DNA of 64,000 bases from Micavibrio sp. (GTDB lineage Bacteria; Pseudomonadota; Alphaproteobacteria; UBA2400), in contig JBEIQE010000001.1 of assembly GCA_040376705.1 (NCBI GenBank), positions 246,809 through 310,808 of the forward strand. The letters run 5' to 3'. The position numbers were made by a program, and so were the translations under genes. Every line of letters begins with the position of its first letter. The first letter of the stretch is position 1. Below are positions 27,097 through 35,213 of the stretch, in pieces. Below the pieces are notes generated by a model, which worked only from the letters and a program-made list of their open reading frames with translations, made no database searches and had not been told where the DNA came from.

Positions 27097-27232
27097 ACAA
27101 TAATTTGTGCAAAATCAAAGACCTATTGCTAATGAATCGTGAATGCCGTTAGGGCCCCGTGTCAAAAATGCCGATAGGCGGGGGCGGCAACTCATGTCAC
27201 TGTAATGATGCAAATTCTAGCGAGGTAAGAGC

Positions 27233-28111
27233 ATGACGTTGAGCAAACTCCGGGTGGCGGGAGCTGGTCTGGTCCTTTCATTGGCAGCAGTCACGGTCCT
27301 ATTCCTGCAGCCCACACCGTCAGCGCAAGCAGCCTCGGCACCGGCAACAACCACTGCCAGCGCGGCTAACCTCAAGCCCAGCATTCTCCCGCATCGTGCC
27401 CTGTACCGCATGTCGCTCGATTCAGTGCGTAACGGTAGTCAGATTCAGGCATCTGAAGGCATGATGTATTTTGAGTGGCAGGACGCCTGCGATGGCTGGA
27501 ACGTCGAGCAGCGCCTTAATCTGACCATGACCCGTGATGAGGGTGTCGAGCTTGAGATCAAGAGCAATTTCACCACCTGGGAGTCGAAGGACGGGCTGCG
27601 TTACCGCTTCAACTACCGCAATCTGCTCAACGGCCAGCTGCAGGAAGAATTCCGCGGTAATGCCAAGCTTAGCGCCCCGGGCGAAACTGGTCTTGCCACC
27701 TATAGCATACCTGAAGTGCGCGAAGTGAAACTGCCACTTGGCTCCTATTTCCCCACCTCGCACACCATGGCGCTGATTGGCGCTGCAATTGCGCGTAAAC
27801 CGCTGTTCGCGGCCAGTGTGTTCGATGGCACCGATGAGCATGGCTTGAGCGAAGTCAGTGCGGTTATCGGCGCACAAAAGGATGTAAGCGTAGAAGCCGC
27901 TCGTACCGGCCTTGGTGATACGCCTGCTGTAGCCTGGCCTGTACGCATGGCTTTCTTCCCCTATGATCAGGAAGAAGCAGCGCCCGAGTACGAGATGGAT
28001 ACCACTATTCTGCCTAATGGCGTTTCCGAATTCATGCTGCTCGATTACGGTGAATTCCGCTTGCGCGGTGTACTGGAAAAAGTAGAAATTCTTGCCAAGC
28101 CGGATTGCTGA
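27233..28111 (+). CDS. eipB: Cell envelope integrity protein EipB (DUF1849)
   Basis: Signal peptide, PHRALYRMSL, DACDGW, TWESKDG..YRF, FPTSH, FDG, NGVS..MLLDYGEF and a terminal Cys. Confidence 0.85.
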   Translation: MTLSKLRVAGAGLVLSLAAVTVLFLQPTPSAQAASAPATTTASAANLKPSILPHRALYRMSLDSVRNGSQIQASEGMMYFEWQDACDGWNVEQRLNLTMTRDEGVELEIKSNFTTWESKDGLRYRFNYRNLLNGQLQEEFRGNAKLSAPGETGLATYSIPEVREVKLPLGSYFPTSHTMALIGAAIARKPLFAASVFDGTDEHGLSEVSAVIGAQKDVSVEAARTGLGDTPAVAWPVRMAFFPYDQEEAAPEYEMDTTILPNGVSEFMLLDYGEFRLRGVLEKVEILAKPDC

Positions 28112-28114
28112 GGA

Positions 28115-29002
28115 ATGATCATGCGCCATACTGCTTTTTCAATCGTTCTCGCTGTACTTATTGCCATGCCGGTTGCTGCAGAGGAGAGTGCGCCTGCTCA
28201 GCAGAGCAGTGGCCGCCTACGGGTGGATACATCGCTGCATCCATCCAAGGTTACCTACCGCGTCAGCCTGCTTTCGGGTACGGCGCAGCAGCAGTTTGCT
28301 TCAGCTGAAGGCAGTTTTACTGATAAATCAGTATTAAGTTGCGAGGGCTGGAATGTTGAGCAGCGTTTGTTCGTCAAGTTCTTGCCGCCATCAAAGCCGG
28401 GGGTGGCAACTATCCCGGTTTACTTGCGCACGGGCGCCAATAACTTTGAATCGCGCGATGGCCTGACCTACCGCTTTGAGGATAAAACCAGCATGGCGGG
28501 GCAGGTGATCAATTCACACAAGGGCTCTGCCACGCTTACAGGCGTAGGACAGGCGGGTACAGCTGTTTATACCGAGCCTGCGGGCGTGACCATTGAGCTG
28601 CCGGCAGGTACCATCTTCCCGGTTACGTATGCCCAGCAGTTAATAAATGCTGCTGGCGAAGGTCAGCCCCGTTACAGTGCCCGTGTATTTGATGGTTCGA
28701 TGAGCGCCGAGCTGGGCCTCATTCGCATGGTCACCGATATCAGTGCGCCACGTGCCGCTGTTTTCAAGGATCCTGAAGCAAACAAGCCTACCCCCGGCCT
28801 TGAAAATGAATTCACGACTGAGCTGGCGTGGGGCATGCGCACCAGTATGTTCAAAGGCAATGATGCCAACCCGCTGTTCAAGCAGGGCTTCAGTATGCTG
28901 CCCAACGGCCGCTCCGAGACCATGATGATGAACTTCGGTCAGTTCTCCTTGCGGTTTGACCTCGTCAAATATGAGGAAATTCCGCTACCTACCTGTCCGT
29001 AA
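28115..29002 (+). CDS. EipB-like paralog (DUF1849)
   Basis: Same motif order: SCEGWNVEQR, FESRDG.TYRF, LPAGTIFP, VFDG, LPNGRS..MNFGQF and terminal Cys. Confidence 0.8.
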   Translation: MIMRHTAFSIVLAVLIAMPVAAEESAPAQQSSGRLRVDTSLHPSKVTYRVSLLSGTAQQQFASAEGSFTDKSVLSCEGWNVEQRLFVKFLPPSKPGVATIPVYLRTGANNFESRDGLTYRFEDKTSMAGQVINSHKGSATLTGVGQAGTAVYTEPAGVTIELPAGTIFPVTYAQQLINAAGEGQPRYSARVFDGSMSAELGLIRMVTDISAPRAAVFKDPEANKPTPGLENEFTTELAWGMRTSMFKGNDANPLFKQGFSMLPNGRSETMMMNFGQFSLRFDLVKYEEIPLPTCP

Positions 29003-29061
29003 CTCCGAGTCGCCGCCATTTTAGCGCTTAGCCCTCTCGATTCAGGGGGTTGTAGGCATGG

Positions 29062-29076
29062 TTAATTGTGTGTTAA
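29062..29076 (+). promoter_or_regulatory. CtrA-binding box upstream of divK
   Basis: TTAA-TTGTGTG-TTAA (N7); divK is a known CtrA target in Caulobacter. Confidence 0.75.
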
Positions 29077-29139
29077 ATTCAAGGTAATAAAATTACAACG
29101 TAGCCTAGGGAGGCTACAAACTAGTGCAAGGATGTGGCC

Positions 29140-29571
29140 ATGAGCCAGTTGCCTGAAGCACCCGATAAAATCGCCGGCGGGCTCCGGAGAATCTTAGTCG
29201 TCGAAGATAACGACCTGAACCTCAAACTATTCCGAGACCTCCTTATCGCTCAGGGCTACAGCGTGCTTCATACGCGTGATGGCGTAGAGGCGTTCAGGCT
29301 TGCGCGTGTGCATAAGCCGGATCTGGTCCTGATGGACATTCAGCTACCTGAGGTCTCTGGCTTTGAGGTGACGCGCTGGATGAAGGATGACCCGGCGCTG
29401 CGCGATATTCCGGTGGTGGCTGTTACAGCCTTTGCCATGGCAGGCGATGAAGAGAAGGCCAAAGCAGCTGGCTGCGCGGCTTACGTTACCAAACCCATCG
29501 CCGTTAAGTCTTTCCTTGAGACTGTCGCCAAGTGCCTTGGCCAGCCCCAGCGCCAGCTGGAAGATGCCTAA
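29140..29571 (+). CDS. divK: Single-domain response regulator DivK
   Basis: [49 protein letters not shown] and KPI; located near rpmG. Confidence 0.85.
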   Translation: MSQLPEAPDKIAGGLRRILVVEDNDLNLKLFRDLLIAQGYSVLHTRDGVEAFRLARVHKPDLVLMDIQLPEVSGFEVTRWMKDDPALRDIPVVAVTAFAMAGDEEKAKAAGCAAYVTKPIAVKSFLETVAKCLGQPQRQLEDA

Positions 29572-29985
29572 TTAATCCCGCTTGAGAGTCTCTAGGCGCT
29601 TGAGACTGGGCGCTGCGAACTCTCGCATACTTCTTTCAGTCGCTGCTGCGCCATGCGTTGCTTCCATTTTGAGGTAGTGGTTTACCATAAGCAGGCGGCG
29701 AGTATTTCGCTTAACGCCAAGTGCACCTACAGCTGCAAACACGGCAAAACCGGCAGCAGGGCCGTATTCAGCAGGCTCTTTATCTACATTATCGTATGCT
29801 TTGTATCCGCCATAAGCCGTAATGCCAGCAAAGATAAGCGCGCTTATTGTCGTCTTGTTACGACCTGCCTGAAGCATGCTGCGCAGTGTTGCTCTAGGGC
29901 TTATCTTCTGGATAACCTCGTAAGCGCCGAGGATGGCAGCTGCAAATGCTGTGCGTGTTGACTCTTCTGGCTTTGTGTCTGACAT
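29572..29985 (-). CDS. Hypothetical membrane protein (2 TM segments)
   Basis: AAGGAA RBS, ATG at 29985; two hydrophobic stretches. Confidence 0.6.
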   Translation of the reverse strand: MSDTKPEESTRTAFAAAILGAYEVIQKISPRATLRSMLQAGRNKTTISALIFAGITAYGGYKAYDNVDKEPAEYGPAAGFAVFAAVGALGVKRNTRRLLMVNHYLKMEATHGAAATERSMREFAAPSLKRLETLKRD

Positions 29986-30046
29986 GATGCATTCCTTTTT
30001 CAATAGGCAGTGCAAAGTTAGGCTTTTGCATGAATCGAGCGCAAGC

Positions 30047-30073
30047 AAAAAGGCCGCCTTGGCAGGCGGCCTT
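30047..30073 (-). terminator. Intrinsic terminator of rpmG
   Basis: AAGGCCGCCT-GCCA-AGGCGGCCTTTTT on the minus strand. Confidence 0.85.
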
Positions 30074-30102
30074 CTGTATCTCGTGAAAGAGACGGAGAGA
30101 GC

Positions 30103-30285
30103 TTAGCGCTTCTTGCCCGAATCCATCTTCTCTTCCTTGTACTCAACGTGCTTGCGTACAACGGGGTCGTACTTCTTGGTCTTCAGCTTCTCGGTCGCTG
30201 TGCGCGGGTTCTTGCTGTGCACATAGAAGTGGCCGGTGTCAGCGGTGCTGACAAGCTTGATACGGATGCGGGTTGGCTTGGCCAT
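30103..30285 (-). CDS. rpmG: 50S ribosomal protein L33 (Zn-free type)
   Basis: [13 protein letters not shown]...[15 protein letters not shown]; no CxxC motifs. Confidence 0.97.
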   Translation of the reverse strand: MAKPTRIRIKLVSTADTGHFYVHSKNPRTATEKLKTKKYDPVVRKHVEYKEEKMDSGKKR

Positions 30286-30478
30286 GGTAAACCTCTGTTC
30301 TTGATCTCAGGCGGCGGAAAATAGCGATTTCTACAGCTGAGTCAAGCATTTTAACCCTTTATTATGCTGATTCGGTTTAGACGCAGTTATACACGGGATT
30401 TATAACGGCACATTACCTGTTTGCTTGCGGTCGTTTTTAGGGGCCTGCTATAAGGCAAAAGAAAAGCAGGGGCCTTTT

Positions 30479-31735
30479 ATGCGCATAGCACTGGCATTTC
30501 CAGACCTGAGCCGCGATCGGCCAGAAGACTTCATGCGGCAGGCTGTAAAGCTGCCGCAAAAGCCGGATTTGCTGGTTTTGCCTGAAAATGCCTATGCCAT
30601 AACCGGTAATAACCTTCGGGAATTCCAGCAGCTTTCGCGTCAGCTGCAGGATTTTGCCTCAAATAGTGGCATTGCTATTATTACAGGCCTTGGCCTAGGC
30701 GGCACCGCCGGTACCAAGCTGACATGGCTGCAAACCGATAATTGGGCCCTCATGGCCAAACCCGGCGGTCAGGCAGCGGCCTACCACAAGCATACCTCAT
30801 CCCTTAATACCGCGTTTGACGGGGCAGTGTGGAGCAGTGCCGAACACCTGCCTATACTTGAGCTAAAAGGCGGCAAGGTGGGGCTTACCATCTGTCACGA
30901 CCTGTTTGTCTCGCCCTTACAGCGCCTGCAGGCCCAGCAAGGGGCGGAGGTGCTGATCAACATCAGCTACGCGAATGTGCGCTCTTACCAGTGGCGTACA
31001 CTGCTGCAGGCGCAGGCTATTACTAACCGTGTACCGATGCTCTATACGCTGCACCGTAACCCCGATACAGCGTTGCCCCAACAAGCCATCTACGGCTTCG
31101 GCCCGCAGGGGGAGTTTAACCTGCAGTCAGCCTCAGGCCTATCGCTGCGCGATATCGACCCTGATGCGCGCACCGGCCAGCTCTATCTGTTCGATACCCA
31201 CCAGCCGCAGCAGCTGGCAGCGCTACAACTGCAGCCCTCGCGGCGCGACTGGAACGGCAGCGGCCATATCGGGCGCGATGGTACGGTAGCGGGCAAGCAT
31301 CGCCACTACTGTATGATTGATCTGGGTATGGATGACTTCCTGTACCATCCTGAGGCCATGTGGCGCCGTGCGCTGGCGCTGCGGCTTGAGGTAACTCCTG
31401 CTTTCCGGATCTGCACAACACCGGCCGAGTATGCTGCTCACCGCGCTGAGGTGCACGCCATAGCGCCTGCGCGTATGATCGAGTTTGGTGCCGTGGCCGT
31501 GGTGCAAACCAATAAGCCGGTAGCGGTGTGCTACCGCTCATCCAATTACAAAGATACCTTTTTCTCCGAGGCAACTGCGGGCAGACATTTGCGCATTGAT
31601 GAGCGTTATCTGTTTGGCCCCACCAAAACGCTTGAGCTGCTTTCGGGCACGCAGGCCGAAGATGCAGCGCAGGCCGAACGCAACTTCCGCCGCATGGTGG
31701 GCGCGCCTATTGCCGTGCCAGCTCCAGTGCTTTAG
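30479..31735 (+). CDS. Carbon-nitrogen hydrolase (nitrilase superfamily) with unknown C-terminal domain
   Basis: E-K-C triad motifs DLLVLPE, YHKH and GLTICHD; about 170-aa unexplained C-terminal part. Confidence 0.75.
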   Translation: MRIALAFPDLSRDRPEDFMRQAVKLPQKPDLLVLPENAYAITGNNLREFQQLSRQLQDFASNSGIAIITGLGLGGTAGTKLTWLQTDNWALMAKPGGQAAAYHKHTSSLNTAFDGAVWSSAEHLPILELKGGKVGLTICHDLFVSPLQRLQAQQGAEVLINISYANVRSYQWRTLLQAQAITNRVPMLYTLHRNPDTALPQQAIYGFGPQGEFNLQSASGLSLRDIDPDARTGQLYLFDTHQPQQLAALQLQPSRRDWNGSGHIGRDGTVAGKHRHYCMIDLGMDDFLYHPEAMWRRALALRLEVTPAFRICTTPAEYAAHRAEVHAIAPARMIEFGAVAVVQTNKPVAVCYRSSNYKDTFFSEATAGRHLRIDERYLFGPTKTLELLSGTQAEDAAQAERNFRRMVGAPIAVPAPVL

Positions 31736-33023
31736 TGAACGCTAGAGCTTCAAGATTTTCCGACTTGGGGCAGGGGCTCTGTCGCAGCACACACACGTTT
31801 GGCGTAACGCCTTCATGAACCCAGCTGCGGCCAGAGGGCGAGAGCAGATGCGCCCATGTAACCGCAATTTCGCCGCCATGCGGCAGCGGCCCCACGCTTT
31901 GCACACTGCCTTTGCCGTAACTGGTGCTGCCCACCAGTGTGGCGCGGCCACGGTCTTTAAGCGCCGCCGCTAATAACTCGGCAGCACTGGCGCTGCGGCT
32001 ATCGATCAGCACATAAAGCGGCAGACCGTTCAGGATATCGGCACCGCTGGTGTTATAAACATGCGCAGCATCAGCATGGCGGCCGGTGGTGCTGGCAACG
32101 ACGCCTTTTGGCACCAGCAGGCCGGCAATCTCGGTCGCGCTTTCAAGAATACCGCCGGGGTTATGCTGCATATCGAGCACTACAGCGATGGCACGGTTCC
32201 ACACTGCTTGGCGCGCAGCATGCCTGAACTCACGCACGGTGCCTGGCATGAAGCGGCTGATGCGGATAACCGCTACCGAACGCTCCATGGTGAGGGCGAC
32301 TGTGGTTGGAATAACGCGGGCGCGCACCACCACAACATCCCTGCGGGCTTCGCCTGCACGGCCTACTGTGAGTGTAACCGGGGCATCAACCGGCCCACGT
32401 ACTTTGCTGGTAAAATCAGCAATGCTCAGGCTGCTCGCGGGTATGCCGTTAATGGCATAGATAATCTGCCCGGCTTTAAGGCCAGCACGCTGTGCCGGAC
32501 TATCGATAAACGTATCCATAATCGCAAAGTCATTCCCTTTGCGCTCAAAGGTTACGCCAATGCCGCCATAGCCATCGCGCATTTCATCCTCGGCCTTGGC
32601 ATCGAGCGGCGGTACGTAGCGCGAGAAGCCATCGAGCTTGGCCATAAGGGCAGGGTAGAAGGCGTTATAGATATCATCTGGCGTGGCGGCTGCCAGCTTG
32701 GGTGAGGTTGCCTGAGCCTGCCTTATGCTGGCGAGTGTCACATCGCCCCAATCGGCCCAGTCATCTGCTGCGGGGCTGGTGGTAAGCGCGGGCGTGTAGG
32801 CAGGGTCAATCTGCTTCAGGCCTTCAAGCCCTGCAGGCACCAGCTGCGCCAGATTCACAGGCTCGATGTAATAGGCGGTAAGGCGGCGGTAGCTCTCGGC
32901 AAATACCTCGTGGTGCAATTCTTTATTGTCCAGCTGGGTTGGATAAAAGCCAAGGCTAGGCAGGCTCAGGCTGGAGCAGGCGGTAAGTTGCAGCAGGAAA
33001 ACGAACAACAAAAAGCGGTGCAT
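31707..33023 (-). CDS. S41 family C-terminal processing peptidase (lipoprotein, PDZ)
   Basis: LTAC lipobox, YGGIGV PDZ, LDMQHNPGG, SASAAE and SYGKGSVQ. Confidence 0.9.
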   Translation of the reverse strand: MHRFLLFVFLLQLTACSSLSLPSLGFYPTQLDNKELHHEVFAESYRRLTAYYIEPVNLAQLVPAGLEGLKQIDPAYTPALTTSPAADDWADWGDVTLASIRQAQATSPKLAAATPDDIYNAFYPALMAKLDGFSRYVPPLDAKAEDEMRDGYGGIGVTFERKGNDFAIMDTFIDSPAQRAGLKAGQIIYAINGIPASSLSIADFTSKVRGPVDAPVTLTVGRAGEARRDVVVVRARVIPTTVALTMERSVAVIRISRFMPGTVREFRHAARQAVWNRAIAVVLDMQHNPGGILESATEIAGLLVPKGVVASTTGRHADAAHVYNTSGADILNGLPLYVLIDSRSASAAELLAAALKDRGRATLVGSTSYGKGSVQSVGPLPHGGEIAVTWAHLLSPSGRSWVHEGVTPNVCVLRQSPCPKSENLEALAFTKALELARQ

Positions 33024-33073
33024 GCTTGAACCATAGCAGGCGCCGCTTAAATGTCTAACGTACAGAAGGGGCC

Positions 33074-35179
33074 TTAACGCCGCGCCTTCATGTGCTTTTT
33101 GGTGCGCTGGTTGGTGGGTGGCCAGTTTTCTTGCGGCTCCTCTGCTTCCAGCAGTTTGAAGGTGGTTGAGCCTGAGAGTACATCCGCCTCCAGCAGCTCG
33201 ACCTTCACACGGGCACCAAGGCGGAAAACCTTGCCATGACGCGCACCGATAAGGCAGTGATGCTTCTCGTCGTGCTCGTAGCGGTCGTCCGGCGTGAGGC
33301 TTCGCATGGGCACCAACCCATCGGCACCAGTCTCGGTGAGCTCAATAAACAGGCCGAATCGCGTAACACCACTAATACGGCCAGCGAAGGTGGCACCCTT
33401 GCGCTCGGAGAGATACAGCGCTGTATAACGATCGACCGCATCACGCTCGGCAATAGCTGAGCGGCGCTCGGTGGCCGAAATATGCTCGGCGATTTCCTGC
33501 ATCTCGGCAATTTCGCGGCTGGTAATACCGCCATCGCCAAACCCATAAGCGCTGATGAGGCCGCGATGCACCACAAGGTCGGCATAACGGCGGATTGGCG
33601 AGGTGAAGTGCGCATAGCGGGTGAGGGCCAAACCAAAGTGGCCTTCATTATCCGGGCTGTAGTGCGCCTGCTGCTGGCTGCGCAGCACAACTGTGCTGAT
33701 GAGCTCGGACAGCGGGCTGTCTTTGCTGTCTTCCAGCACCTTGCTGAACAGCTTGGGCTCAACCAGCTTGACCTGCGGCACGCTGTAGCCCAGCGGCTTG
33801 AGGAAGTCGCGCAGCGCTTCGAGCTTGGCGGGTGAGGGTACTTCATGCACGCGGTACATGCAGGCCATGCTCTTGGCCTCGAGGGCCTCAGCAGCGGCCA
33901 CATTGGCGGTGATCATGAATTCTTCGATCAGGCGGTGGCTGTCCATACGCTCGCGCGTCGAGATTTCGGCCACCTGACCGTCTTCGGCGATCATTACCTT
34001 GCGCTCGGGCAGGTCGAGCTCGAGCGTGCCGCGCTTCTGGCGGCCAGCCAGCAATGTCTTGAACGCGCCATAAAGCGGCTTGATTACTTCATCGAGAATG
34101 GGTGCCGTGGTTTCATCCGTCCGGCCCTCATAAGCGGCCTGTACCTGCTCGTAGATCAGGCGGGCGCGGGACTTCATCAGGCCGCGCACAAACTCATGCT
34201 TAACAAGGCGACCTTCGGCATTAATCCACAGCCAGCAGGCCAAACACGCGCGCTCCACATTCGGCTTGAGCGAGCATAGCTCGTTCGACAGCGCCTCGGG
34301 CAGCATGGGGACCACGCGGTCCGGGAAGTAGGTTGAGTTGCCGCGCTCATAAGCCGAGCGGTCGAGCGCCGAGCCTGTGTGTACATAGTGGGCAACGTCG
34401 GCAATGGCCACCAGCAGCTTCCAGCCATCACCATCCGGCTCGGCATAGACTGCATCGTCAAAGTCGCGGGCGTCTTTGCCGTCGATTGTTACCAGCGGAA
34501 TATCGCGTAGGTCGGTACGGCTGCCGAGGGTTGGCTTTTTCGCTTCGTTGGCTTCTTTTTCAACTTCAGGCGCAAAGGCTAGGGGTAGCTCATGCGTGTA
34601 AATCGCGATGAGGCTGATAGCTTTGGGCTGGTTGGTATCGCCAAGACGCTCGAGAATACGGCCCTTGGGCAGGCCAGCGTTGGAGCCCGGCAGAATTTCG
34701 GCCAGCACCAGTTCGCCATCAATCGCGTTCATGTTGTCAGCACGGCTGATCAGCACTTCTTCCTTCTGGCGGCGGTCGGACGGCACCACGCGGCCACCTG
34801 ACTCGTCATGCAGATAAAGGCCAACCATGCGCGCGACTTTGCCATGTTGAATTCGCTTGAGCACGGTTCCTGAGTAAGCGCGTGAGCCCATGCGCTTGAG
34901 GCGTAGCAGGGCACGCTCACCCACAGCCAGTGCAGCATGGCCGGTTGAGGGGGCAAGGAAAATACGGGGCGGTTTGCCGTCTTCGGCTTTCCAGTCGACC
35001 GGCGCTGCTACGGCTTCGCCATCAGGGTCGATCGCTACAACCTCGCACAGGGCGACTTCGGCCAGCGCGGGTGAGCGCTCGAATGAACTCTTGTAGGGTT
35101 TCTTACCAAACTGGCGCTTGGGTGGGCCAGAGCGCTTACCGGACTGACTATGACTAGATTTTTTAGGTGGTTTAGGCAT
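33074..35179 (-). CDS. rnr: Ribonuclease R
   Basis: TIDGKDARDFDDA, VAIADV, LIEEFMITAN, HFGLAL..YAHFTSPIRRYADL and a C-terminal S1 domain. Confidence 0.96.
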   Translation of the reverse strand: MPKPPKKSSHSQSGKRSGPPKRQFGKKPYKSSFERSPALAEVALCEVVAIDPDGEAVAAPVDWKAEDGKPPRIFLAPSTGHAALAVGERALLRLKRMGSRAYSGTVLKRIQHGKVARMVGLYLHDESGGRVVPSDRRQKEEVLISRADNMNAIDGELVLAEILPGSNAGLPKGRILERLGDTNQPKAISLIAIYTHELPLAFAPEVEKEANEAKKPTLGSRTDLRDIPLVTIDGKDARDFDDAVYAEPDGDGWKLLVAIADVAHYVHTGSALDRSAYERGNSTYFPDRVVPMLPEALSNELCSLKPNVERACLACWLWINAEGRLVKHEFVRGLMKSRARLIYEQVQAAYEGRTDETTAPILDEVIKPLYGAFKTLLAGRQKRGTLELDLPERKVMIAEDGQVAEISTRERMDSHRLIEEFMITANVAAAEALEAKSMACMYRVHEVPSPAKLEALRDFLKPLGYSVPQVKLVEPKLFSKVLEDSKDSPLSELISTVVLRSQQQAHYSPDNEGHFGLALTRYAHFTSPIRRYADLVVHRGLISAYGFGDGGITSREIAEMQEIAEHISATERRSAIAERDAVDRYTALYLSERKGATFAGRISGVTRFGLFIELTETGADGLVPMRSLTPDDRYEHDEKHHCLIGARHGKVFRLGARVKVELLEADVLSGSTTFKLLEAEEPQENWPPTNQRTKKHMKARR

Positions 35180-35213
35180 TTCTACTTTTCTATCTCCCCC
35201 TTGGGAGAACTAT

